This document shows, one piece after another, positions 49,701 through 61,825 of a stretch of 64,000 nt of DNA; within the stretch, counting starts at the first letter, position 1, and each line of letters starts with the position of its first letter. The notes beneath the pieces are model-generated. The model saw nothing but the letters and a program-made list of their open reading frames with translations. It ran no database searches and was not told where the DNA came from. A program made the position numbers and the translations under genes. Origin of the DNA: Botryllus schlosseri (lineage: Eukaryota); NCBI GenBank assembly GCA_051294905.1, contig CM119372.1, forward strand, positions 1,860,001 through 1,924,000, written 5' to 3'.

Positions 49701-50420
49701 AGCATCATCTTCTTTAATTTTCATTCAGTGTGCGTGCATGCCTCCTCTTTACATCGCCTATAGGCCCGGGTGGGTGTCTGTCTGACTTCAAAGACTACTC
49801 CAAGCCGTCTCGACACCCTCCTATCTTTTCATTGTATCGCAGTCTTGCAGTGTTTTGAATTGATGAAAATTCTTAATAAACTGAACTGAACCACGATCTG
49901 ATATATCGACCGCGCCGTCCGTCGCATGCCTCCTCATTTTATTTAGCTTGTCCATTTATGCTATATTCAATTGCTTTCAGTCAGTGTGCAATGTGCGTGT
50001 ACCGTGCATGCCTCTTAGTGACATCGCCTATAGACAAAGACTATGCTCCAAGTCGTTTCGACGGTTGCCCGACATATGAGCATGCGACACAATGGAAAAC
50101 GACAGTTCAGCATGGAACACATCAGCATGCGTCACTTCAGCATGTGACTGTATAACCCAAAAACTTACCCTAACCCGAAACATAGCCTAACCTAACCTAA
50201 CCTAGCCTAACCTAACCTAAACCCTAACCCTAACCCAACCATAAACCTAACCTAACCTACCCCTAACCCGTAATTTAACCCACATGCTCATGTGTCGCAT
50301 GCCAAATTGTCGCATGCCGAAGTGTCGCATGCTGTAATGTCGCATGCTCATATGTCCACGGATCCGTTTCGACACCTCCTACCTTTTCATAGTATCGCAA
50401 TGCTACGGTGTAAATGAAAA
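46790..50420 (+). repeat. Three copies of a ~280-bp repeat (~46790-47035, 49570-49865, 49890-50420; the last two tandem, the last interrupted by the Merlin-like MITE)
   Basis: Shared ATCGATCTCGCCTTC..TTTCATTCAGTGTGC..AAAGACTACTCCAAGTCGTTTYGACACC..CTTTTCATNGTATCGCA. Confidence 0.8.
50063..50365. mobile_element. MITE with GG termini, 8-bp TSD and (CCTAA/CCCTAA)n core; Merlin-like
   Basis: TSD GTTTCGAC at 50055-62 and 50366-73; arms GG..GACATATGAGCATGCGACA / TGTCGCATGCTCATATGTC..CC with tandem TGTCGCATGC units; related partial copies ~3800-4010 and ~30745-30960. Confidence 0.75.
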
Positions 50421-53400
50421 AAATAACAATAAACTCAACTCGTTGTCTGTATCAGATACGACCGAATAGACATCGCGAACGATTGATTAATTCTATCCAT
50501 AATCCTCTGTTTCGATTACGAATCACAACTGGAAAGAGGTTTTGCGCAATTTATACACAGGATTGAATTCATTCGCATGATTTGCTGAAATTGCAGACCC
50601 TGTTATGATGGGGTAGGGCGTTTTGACGGTAATCGTTATACCACCAAAATTCAAGTATGATTAGGGCACATCAAATTCAAGTCGAATAGTGCGAGTCGAT
50701 TTGTACGAGTAACGTATATATACGACTTCACACCAGGATAGATATTTTATCTGCGCAAAACAGAGTTTCAATACTTTATGACCATACCTTGCCAAAGGTT
50801 GCGAATATTAACGGCACGACATTTCCTGTCAAGTAATCATAGACTATCACAATGGTCACAGATAGTTTTGGTGCTTGCAGAAACACCAGATTACTCTGGT
50901 CTCTGGCTGACATGTAATTGGCGTCACATGAAACTAATTCCTAACATCATTTTCCATGGGGCCGATAAAAGATTCAGCTTTCAAGTTCGAAAGTCATTAT
51001 TATTATAATTTCACGTCATAATAACTGGTGCTCGAGTACTCGAGGCTTAGTATTCGACTTGATTCGAATCGTTCAGGAACTAGATTTTACCCAGTTATGA
51101 TTTGACTGCCGAATTTACTATTTTATCATTCGTCAGCGACATGCACTATAGATTACTACCATTCATGTGCTGTACCTACACAGAAGCATACGACATAATG
51201 ACCAACATCGGATACTGATGGTAAGTGTATTGTGATTGCGATATCTCACAAGGTTTTCCTACGTTCGTTTTATGAATAACGACTGCACGTAATGAAACCA
51301 ATTTGAGAGTTATTAAATATCGTATTTTACGTCAGTGGTTACTCAAGCAAACCTTGTCAATATATTTTAGGCCTAGTTTACAACATCAAATCATCTCATT
51401 TACCAAAGCTTCGTAAACAGAAATTTGTCACGAAAGATGACATCCACCGGATCCACGGATCGAAAATATTGGGAATAAACATCAACTTCAATTTCGCAGT
51501 GGTATTGATACTACAACCGAGATGACATTGTAAGCTGAGTGCAGTCACCATGACTAAGCTTGCACAACGATGGAATTCGCCACACACACATTGTGATGCA
51601 TTCGGAATTGATATTGGTAAGACACTCATTTACTAGAAGGAAGTTATCTAGTTTGTCAGTTTAGTGAAGTTTATCAGAAGAGCTTCTTTATAAGTAATTT
51701 CATCATCTCAAAACAACGCAAAATTGCCTTAATCGGTGATTCTGGACCTTTACTAACCCGGGAAACGGGGAAACCCTTCCTCTAATCTTCAAGTCTTCGG
51801 GAACCCGAAATTTTCACCGAGTCATAAAATAAAAATCTACTCCACTACACATTTGATATATTACTAGAATACCGGTGAGAAAAGTACTGCGCATCAACAA
51901 AAAACTGTGCATCAACAAAGAGGTATAAGAGCAAACCATCGAAATAGAATTTTCGCGTAAAACGAAAACCTTAAAATGAATAACAAATTATATGCAAATG
52001 TAAGTGTGTTGGCCCGCAGGGAACACTAGTTAAGAAACGCTAGCTTAAATGAAAAAGATAGCAAGGGGTGACGGGAAGGACTTGGAGTAGTCTTTCAATC
52101 AAACGCACTGATTTCAAAGTAACAGAGTAATACATGAAAAGGACAGTTGATTTGATATACAATGTTCTTTCCAATTCTCTACTATAGTTGCTGACGATTA
52201 CCAGCCGAGAATAACCGGGTACGTATAAACATAAATATACTAGTCAATTGTACATTGAAATTCCGTACCTCCGAGAAGCTCTTTGAAAAGGCCAAGAGAT
52301 GAAAAAACACTGTAAGTATTAAACTCAGAATACAGTGGAACAATTAGCATTTACAACTAAACCGACTCGCGAGTTCTCGCTGCATTCATACCGGTGTACG
52401 AAATAAGAAGCTTATCACATAAGTCATTATATTTGCGTGATAAAACTCCATAATATCTAATGCGAGCCGACATGATTGCAATTTTCGGTGAAAAGTAGAC
52501 GATTTACTGACGTAATCCGGAATCGCCTTTTTGAAAACGCGATCGGTATTCTGTTTACTGTTTACAATTGACAACCTTAATTCGATAATTGTGGTAGATA
52601 AGAAACAAAGCTAACGCCTTCAAACGTAACAGAGTGAGAATTTGTGGTCACGCCCCAGTTCTCAACGAAGTGAATCAAGCGGAAATGCTTCGATGTGGAT
52701 ATATGGTTTTCGAAGGTATTTTATACACGCAGATGTACCGACGAGTCTGATCAGTAACTCCGAAGATTCAATTCAACAGCTGTAGTCAAGGCAGAGTAAT
52801 GTATATTTAATCAACACCTCGTTGGATATGTTCTGCATGTCTCTACAAGACTTCTCTCAATCCCAACTATTCGACTCACAATCGCAATTAAAGACAAACA
52901 ACAAGAAGTCAAAACGGCATTTTACGACTCTAGACCGCTATATTAGCCGTTAAATTAGTATCACTCATATCAATGAACGATTTCATGTGTGTGTGTAAAC
53001 TGTGTATTCTGTACTTGTTGCTGACGATTAACCCTGGCGACTGACAGCCGGATAACCCTGGCAACTGACAGCCGAAAATATCCGGGGTCATTTCAATATG
53101 AATATGCATTATACTAAATTTCTGTACCTCCAAAGGTATCTTCAAATATATGTTTAACTCCTCATCAAAAGACAATTTTAAGGAAATCGAAAATTTCCTC
53201 CGAGGATGCCTCAATTTCATCCTTTTTGGCAATTCGTCCTCCTTTATAGCTGTGACAGCGAGGCCACAGGACGACCACAACAACGCAAAACGACATAAAT
53301 GAAGCGAAATCTGTAATGTGGATATTCGAGCGGGTAATAATAGTGGGTCATGCGGGAGTCGAGTTAGATAAACGATTTTTTAGTCAACACAAGAGCATTT

Positions 53401-54030
53401 CCCGTGAAACTGGGGATTTCGTTTCGTAGCTCGAAATATTGGCTGCACAGTGCACAACTCTAAATCCACGTGCAATGAAATGACACGCGATGTTATGTCG
53501 TAAATAACACTCGCCTCTTTCAAACTGCAGGTGCCAATATAGTGATGATTACTAAACGCAAATACTTCCTATCCTATGCTATAGGGTGACCGTGCCATCT
53601 AAAGTTTATAGATCTCAATACAATACTTGATGACATCACCATGACCTTTTTGTTTACAATATAACCTCCGACGATGTAACTATACCAACACGTGCATTGT
53701 CAATATTGGACTTTTGGACTTGGAGACACGCAATGAGTTAGAGATGCAAGATGACTGTTCGTAAACGTCACAATGACAAGGATAACCTAGCGATTAATCG
53801 GGCATTGAATAGGCTATCTGATCGGAAATCATGGCACGCGTGCCAATTACGACATGTGATATCTCCCACTTTCCCTTTATAAAATGAAACATGCATTTTC
53901 AATATGGAATTTCGTGACACTTCCGAGACTCGAGCCAGTCGTATCAAGCTTCTCGTGATAGGTATACTAGAAAACACGACTTTTTGAGGATTAAGTGGGA
54001 GGTTCATCCGCTTTCAAATCCTGATGAACC

Positions 54031-54086
54031 TAACTGTGCTTCCCAAGAAATATTCAGTTAACTGTGCTTCCCAAGAAATATTCAGT
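54031..54086. repeat. Perfect 28-bp tandem duplication
   Basis: TAACTGTGCTTCCCAAGAAATATTCAGT x2. Confidence 0.95.
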
Positions 54087-55442
54087 AATACATAGAAGTG
54101 AATTTTGCTATGTAGTTCGTGGCTAAGTGTCAGTAAATTGGTAAAACCGCCAAAGCGCATCGAAGCAGTCATAAATTGCTCAAGACCACTCGGAAATCCC
54201 ATAGGATAAGTATGGCCTCAGAATAGAATCCAATTGGAATGTCTGGGTATTCAATGTACTTGCTAGCACACGCCTTACACGTGATGGCTTTTCACTGTAA
54301 AGAAATTCTTGTTGTGCCTAAGAAGAAACAAATAGGAATATCCAGGGAATTATGGATAGTATCTTCTGTTGCTGTTTCATCTGAACAAATGATCAATCTC
54401 ATATACTGTCTGTTACTTAAGTTGCAGGTGTAAAGAAACAGGCTGCATACTCAGCGTAGAAAATATATACAGAAAACAACCAAGCTGCACCCACGTCTTC
54501 TCGCTTGTACCTTGCTCTCGTCAAGTATGCGTTAATGTAAATGGAGACTAGCGTTTCTAACTTGTCAGATGATAATTGCCGTATCTGAACCTAGCAATTT
54601 GTACATATTATAATCAATTCGTTCCGATTGTTGTACAGTACAAATTTACGAACATGCCCGCAATCAACTAACTTTACATGCACCGTTGACGCATCAAATA
54701 ACTTCGTTTGTTACTATATAATTGGCGTTGCAAGATTACGGTTTTACTGCTTACTGTACGATTCAACCATCTATTCGCGATCGATACGAATCGAGCGACG
54801 TAGATTTAAATGTAATGCTGTTACGAAACGCCTGGTAAACTAAAAATCTCAGTAAGTTGACCATTATCTCAGCCACCCTGAAGCAGACTCTTATCAACGC
54901 GTAATGTGACCGTGCTGACGGACTACAGTAAATGACCCATGCCAAAAACGTCCGCAAATGAACGCATGTAAACTTTACGTCGTCACTCAGCGAAAACACC
55001 TTGCTATTATCAAGCGGTTCGATTGAGAAGGTTGGTGATTCATCGCACTATCGCTGCATTAAGATTACGGTACGATGTGTATCTTTTTCGGTTCAATCAC
55101 ATGGGAGAAAGGAATCCGGGGCAAATTAAAGAAGATCGGCGACACTGTCGCCTATAACGTGATAAATGACTTGTTTGGTAAATATTTTGATGGGTGAATG
55201 TATAATCCCGATTCGCCTTCATCAAATTGATGTAAGCTAAATGCGTATGTTCATGGCCTACTAGTAGGCCATGGTATGCTTAAGCGCGGATTTATTAAAC
55301 CAGTTATTTCGTACCAAGAAAGCTGGTACGGTTCTCGGTTAGGACTTCACACACGTAATACAACTTTTGTTTCGGAAACAATTACGTACTTGAAGATACG
55401 ATAGGACGAACAGAACTTCCATGTACAATTGATTAGCTGATT

Positions 55443-55476
55443 ACCCCTGACGAGTGACAGTCGAAATTACTCGGGT
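55443..55476 (+). ncRNA. Minimal type I hammerhead ribozyme (family B variant)
   Basis: ACCC CTGACGA GTGACAGTC GAAA TTAC TC GGGT; all core positions and helix I intact. Confidence 0.68.
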
Positions 55477-58400
55477 ATATTTCAATAGGAGCATATTATT
55501 CAATTCATTATGTACTTATGCACAGATTGTAAACTCCGCCACGCAGTTATCTTTAATACAGCCAACTCCCTCTGTCATGAGGTCTTTTATGGGGATCAAC
55601 AAACAATATTGCACAGATCTGAATCTTAGCGCGTCTAATATGATGAAATTCCGCGATTGCATCTGGCACCAACACGATGAAATCACCATTCTGAGAAAGC
55701 TGTAATTGGATAGGCGACTTCAGGAAGAGAATCCCGTAATCATACAATACCCAAGTGACGCCCATGGTGACACCGGGGTATCCCGTCTTGACATCGACGT
55801 ATAAACCGACTTTCGTTTCATTATTCATTATGTAACTCGAGACGAATAAGCACTGAAGATTTTCCGATCAACTTAATCTTGTATGTAGCATAGCTCTACC
55901 AAACCAATATATTTATTATTTTGCAAATCGTGAGTTGGGCTCGGCAAATCGAGTACCATATCGAAAATCGAGTCGATGAACTAGTGCAAGTAAACAGTAT
56001 GGAATACAGACATTGTTAACAGAATAAGACTCGTAATGAACTTAAATCGTAACCAAAATATACAGATTTACTCTCAGCACGAGATTATAATCAACCATGA
56101 AATGGCACTGTTGGACTTCTTACCATCACCGCTGCACATATACAAATGTTGTGGTGTCATCGATGCCGGCGAAAATAAACCAATCATTACTAACGAGACG
56201 ACAAATCATCAACAACATACTTAGTAAGTCTAATCCACATCAGTCGTATTCCGATAACTCGTTGCTCAAGGCAACGTTAGCACAAATCGGCTTACTGTAA
56301 GGTGGGACGAAAGCCCGGCGGTTCATTAGCAGGTTTTTATTGATCAATGGCAGTTTATTTTATCGCAGCCACAGCGGGTTACAAATGTCCGCAGAACTGG
56401 ATTTCGGCGACCCAATTCCCACACTCGATCAGCACGCTAATTGGCATTACAATTACAGCAGTGATTTCTGATGAAGATCTGACTGCATTTTACCTTGTGA
56501 ATAGCTAGCCATTTGGAAGCAATCTGATAGAAGTGCTTACCTCATGGATATGTTATTCATCTTATAGTAGATTCACAGCAAACCTTGACTATTTTAAGCT
56601 TTCCAAATTGTATTATATTTAGAATTCCAGCTACAAACCCTTTTTCCGAATCAGAGTAGAATTGGAATTATAGCTCCACAGTTGTTTCCAAATTTGATTA
56701 GAATTAGAATTACAGCTACACAGTTATTTTTCAGATTAGATAACAATTACTGAATTCCCGAAAATTTGGACATTAAATCAAGTTCCGTTAATATCAAATC
56801 ATAATTCATTCCTGCGAGTATGATAATAGCAAATGTCTGTACGGCAGGCTTGGCACATTTCGCAGTACGGTATATACTTCTCTTGTAGCATTTGCAAGAA
56901 AGCCAGAAATTAGAATGAAAATTAGAGCATGGAAAGATTTCACGAATTACATTAGAATTAGAGCAAAGAAAGATTTAACAAATTAGAATAGAATTAGATT
57001 GCCGGCAATTCGCTCTAATTAGTCTAATTCGACAACTAGAATTATTTAGTTGTCCAATGTCCATGTCTGGTTCACGTGACCTATAAGCCATCAGATACAC
57101 AGCGAAAAGCTCAATAATCCATTATAAATTACTGCGCAGTGCATGATGGCGATAACGATTTTTAACCGACCGGGCAATACCTTACATTTCTCGTTAAATT
57201 CCGGTATTTTTCAGTAATCACAACATCAATGATCAAAATTCCTTGCATTTCAACTGTGCTGCGGTCGCAGCGAAGGAAATTCAACGCAAAACTAACATCA
57301 ACATTGAACAGTGTGACGTAATAAATTACACCTAGTTTTGATAATGTAGCTTGGTATGTCCCACAATTTTAGTTGCTAACAGTAAAATGACTCGCTTCCG
57401 TTGATATTAAGTTTTTTGGCTTGTAGGCCTTTATATTCCCGTGTAGCGGTAGAGACGTGTTAAGACGGAAATGGTATAATTGCTTGGAATTTGCATTGGC
57501 ACGTTACGTTATAAATCCATAGCCGCGTTCATAGAGAACATTTAATAGAAGTTAGTGTCGCTATACCTCTGTAATCTGATACAATATCTAGGACGCTATA
57601 CTGTAGCGTAGCCACTAGCCTGCCATGGAGAACTAGATAATAATTCCAATTGTCTAATTAGAGAAATTACAACGAAATGCCGGTAATATAATTCTAATCT
57701 AATTTGTGAAACGTTTCTATCCTAATTTTGATTCCAATCAAATTTCCCTGAAAATGCTACAGAAGAACTGCGTCGCGCGAAACGAGTCAAGCTTGCTGTA
57801 CAAAGACATTTACCATTCTCATGTTTATGATAATTCACTCTGATTTGATAAGAACTTAACTTGATTCAAGTTTTCGCGAATTCAGTAATTCTAATTCTAA
57901 TCTAATTTGGAAAAACCTGTGTAGCTATAATTCTAATTCTAGTCTAATTTAGAAAAATTGTATTGCTATATTCTAATTCTAATGTAATTTAGAATAGATG
58001 AATATTGTCCAAGTTTGACTGTAGCCTCCTATATCATTATAATCGGCATTGCAACTAATTTAATGGAAAAATCTCTGCGTTGCCCAAGACTCTCTCTGCA
58101 AAACGACATTACCTACTGCACTGCACACAGATCCCGCAAAATATTTGCGTCCCCTCACAATACTGCGACATTCGAACCGCATAAACGCGAGGATTTTACA
58201 CTCGCAATCTGCATTTACGCAGCTGCACCAAAACAAGACCGGTCAATCTGTGTCTACGACACGCTCCTTCGCATTTAACCTTTCCCTGCACCTGACGGGA
58301 GGCTGGCGATCTACGCGTTCCTGCCGTGCGGCTCAAGTAACGTAAAGGTTCTGTGTAAACAGAGAGCTCGCACCGATAATGTCCGGTTGTAGAAGACGCT

Positions 58401-61400
58401 CGACAAGCAACGAGAGTAAACAGTGCGTTTTGAGAGAATGCGTACGACGCGCTTCGTTTCAAACAAGCCGCGCGAAGACGCGAAGACGCGATTCCCGTCT
58501 CGGGGTTATAGGGTGCCGCCAGTCGATCGCCGGTCCAACCCAGTGTTGATAATTGACACGTTTGAGTGCCAAATTTACAAATTTTAGTACTCTTATTAAA
58601 GCTCATTAGCGTCAGAATTTTAACCTCGACACTATTTGACACTGTCCACTTCGTTATCACGATGATAACACGCTTTTTGCATATTTTACCTGGGTTGTAA
58701 GTACTTCTATAGGGAAGTACAGTACTTAAGTCCAACTACGACCGCTCAGGTTGTAGAACTGTGGACTACGACTGCTTTAAAGCTCAGTCACCTTATGCAA
58801 AGAAATAATTAATTTCCCCAGACCCCGACGAGCCTATTCTAGTCGTAATTGAATTGCTGAATCTTCTTCTTTTTGTATAAGGAATAAGGATATTTGAAGT
58901 ATATAAACATAAGTATGGCACTGTATCGGCCAATTTGACATTGTGTTGTGATAGATTTGGTACCCACAGCCACAACCATTCAGTAGTTGACAAGACTGGT
59001 CTAACTCATCCGGGTAGGGGACTCGTGAAACGACATTGCCTGTAATAGCGCAACTTGGCGAATTGTACGACCATTCGATGATATGCTTCACTAGTATTAC
59101 TCGAAAGTTCGGATAATATTACTGGGTACGGCTCCAATCATTTATGTTGCTTCCAGGCAGTCGTTTCAATACTCTTGGACGAAGCGGTGTCTCCTGAAGA
59201 GAGGATTATAATTCTTTCTATTACACTACGTAACTAGCTATATATGCCTTTAGCGGAATTAGCAATAGTTTGAGTTTCAGCGTATCCGTTATCACCATAA
59301 TTGCGCATATGCAATATCGTAAATATACACTAGGCGCAGGGGCGCAGTAGCACCGTACTAGTTTATGCTTTACTTACTCCTGCAAGATCTCGGAAAAAAA
59401 ATTGCGAACACATCTCATAGCTTATGTGGGAAAGAATATCGACTTATGATCAGCATTACCAAGATGCCGCATTATTTTGGTTAAATGACTTTCGGCGAGA
59501 TTTGTTCAAGGTGGAACACGGGTCGTGCTCTGAGCATTTCTAATGGTCAGTAAGGTATCCCGTTGCTTTACATATATTCTTCGTGGAACTTCAGTACACA
59601 AAACAGTTCATAAGCGAGTATGAATTAAGATCGTATAGGAAGTCGAGAATACAATACTATATAACTCCTAGAATAATTTTCCTAATCCGGACTACACATT
59701 TAACAGAGACTGCCTTGTGATCGTTCAGTCGATGCATGATATCACATAAGTCGCATATATTTCGGTGCAAGATTGAACTTATATTGCGAGAAATGCATAG
59801 AGGGAATGCTGCTGCGTTGTCCCTATTCGAAATGGCTTTAAAGCTTATCCGAGCTTAGCCTAATCGGTACAATCTCTCTATTCGAATTATTGTCCTCGGC
59901 CCACTCTCAAACACCATGAACGACACTGTCTGTCTTATTGTGATGTCACAATTCGACATGTGTAACCTGACTTCCGTATCGTGCTAAACCTTCGATATAC
60001 TCACAATAACACAAATATATTAGGCTATGAGTAAGATCCTCCCACCTCCCAGACAGTCGCGTGGCTTTGTTCCGATTTTAAATAGCTTTGTCCCCATAAT
60101 GCTGCAACCTGACCCGAGCCGGTGGCACTCAATCCAGTTCAAACAATTCGTCGCGTGTGAAATCACACTGCGTCGCATCCGATTGGTAATTAGGAGAAAC
60201 AAGCATACTGTATCAACACCACCGCCAAAACAAAAGAAATTAATGGCTTAAATTACTGCAACATGGTAATGGCATGTCTGGAATTGCAAGGTGTCGTCGC
60301 CGATTGAGTCATTTCAATTTTGTTGAAGATCAACGCGATAGGTATTAATTCCCCAGAGATAGACGAGATACAGTGGCTACATCAATTGATACACGCTAAA
60401 CTAACGCATGTTGTACTATGTTTGATGATTCTATTTAAATATCCAATGCATTACTGAGACTAACCCTGTATATATATTATATATATATTGCTTACAGTTC
60501 TATATATCCCTCGACTGACCCTTCGCATATCAAAGCGATGATTCTCAACTTGTTGTCAATTATGTCCATGGAGTTTGTAGCACGAGACTAAAGGCAATCC
60601 CATAAAGAGGAAATGGAAATTACCACATTGCCACGCAGTCGGTGTGGGCACAAAGATTCGAGTTCTTGAATCCGGCCCAGTATCAATAGCAATGATTTGA
60701 GTCGAGTAACAAAAATACTGGTCTTCACACTGGAATAATACTTTATTAACGGAAAACATAGCTCCAGCACTTCATCTCCAGCGCTGCAGCCGCTAAACAT
60801 CGGTTGGCAGTATCACATCATTGAAAAACACGTTACATAAGGCTACCAATGTTCATGGAGCAACATATCTGTCAATTAATGATCAAGCTTCACAATCGTC
60901 ACAAAATGCTACGAAACAGGAAATTATTTGGTATGACTCAAACGCGTAACTAGCAAGATTTTACTTGAGTCCGCAAAAAAAAGATACATATTTGAAATTT
61001 TAAAGTCGTTATTACGATTATACCATCTTAATAGGGGGCTGGAATACCATATTTGAAATCGAATCGCCCACGTACTAAGATTTTACCCAACCCCCTTCAG
61101 CCCAGACATGGACAATTACATCATTCTAATTAGAGCGAAATGATGGTAATCTAATTCTCATCTAATTTTCGAAATGTTTCTTTCCTGTAGTTTTAATTCT
61201 TGTCGAATGTATGAAATGTTTCTATGCACTAATTTTACTTCTAATCGAAATCACGCCTGTCCTCAAAATGCTAGTGGAAGCTATAGTGCGAAACGAGCCA
61301 AGCTTGGTGTAGGCGACATACATTTGCTATTCCAAGGCTTACGATAATGAACTCTGATTTGATATGAACTGAGCTTGATTAAATTTCTAAGTATTCGCGA

Positions 61401-61554
61401 ATTCAGTAATTCTAATTATAAGATAATTATAATATAATTAGAAAAAGACCGTGTAGTTATACTTCTAATTCTGATCTAATTTGGAAAGGCGGTAAATGTT
61501 CATGTTCATTGTTCATGTTGTCTATCGTTGCCACCGCCCAACATGGGTTTGTTT

Positions 61555-61825
61555 GTAGCATTCATGCTGTCTGTCGACTACCACGGTCATTTACACCAGC
61601 GGATTTTCTTCATTCATATTCAGTAGCTGCTGACCTGCAGCACGACCCTCTTCTAGGCATTTATAAGACACCGCTACGGGCTACGCGGATGATATGGCGA
61701 GGAGGAGCCTAGATAAACCTCCAACACTTCGGTAGGAGTTCTGGAATCGACCTCAGCCGGACTCGAACCCACAACCCATTGGTGTTGTAGCTGTGGACAC
61801 ACCACGTCACACGCCAAAGATGGGT
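61555..61825 (-). mobile_element. tRNA-derived SINE, near full length
   Basis: B-box GGGTTCGAGTCC and a degenerate A-box; body shared with 5'-truncated copies at ~39125-39300 (+) and ~49380-49515 (+); CAAA-like tail. Confidence 0.7.

Noticed and set aside
50160-50280. True telomere or telomeric fusion
   Set aside because: Short, degenerate and enclosed by TIRs and a TSD; part of a MITE
55553-55828. Serine-protease-like exon (YDYGILFLKSPIQL)
   Set aside because: Only one weak motif, no catalytic His/Ser exons or clean splice sites nearby
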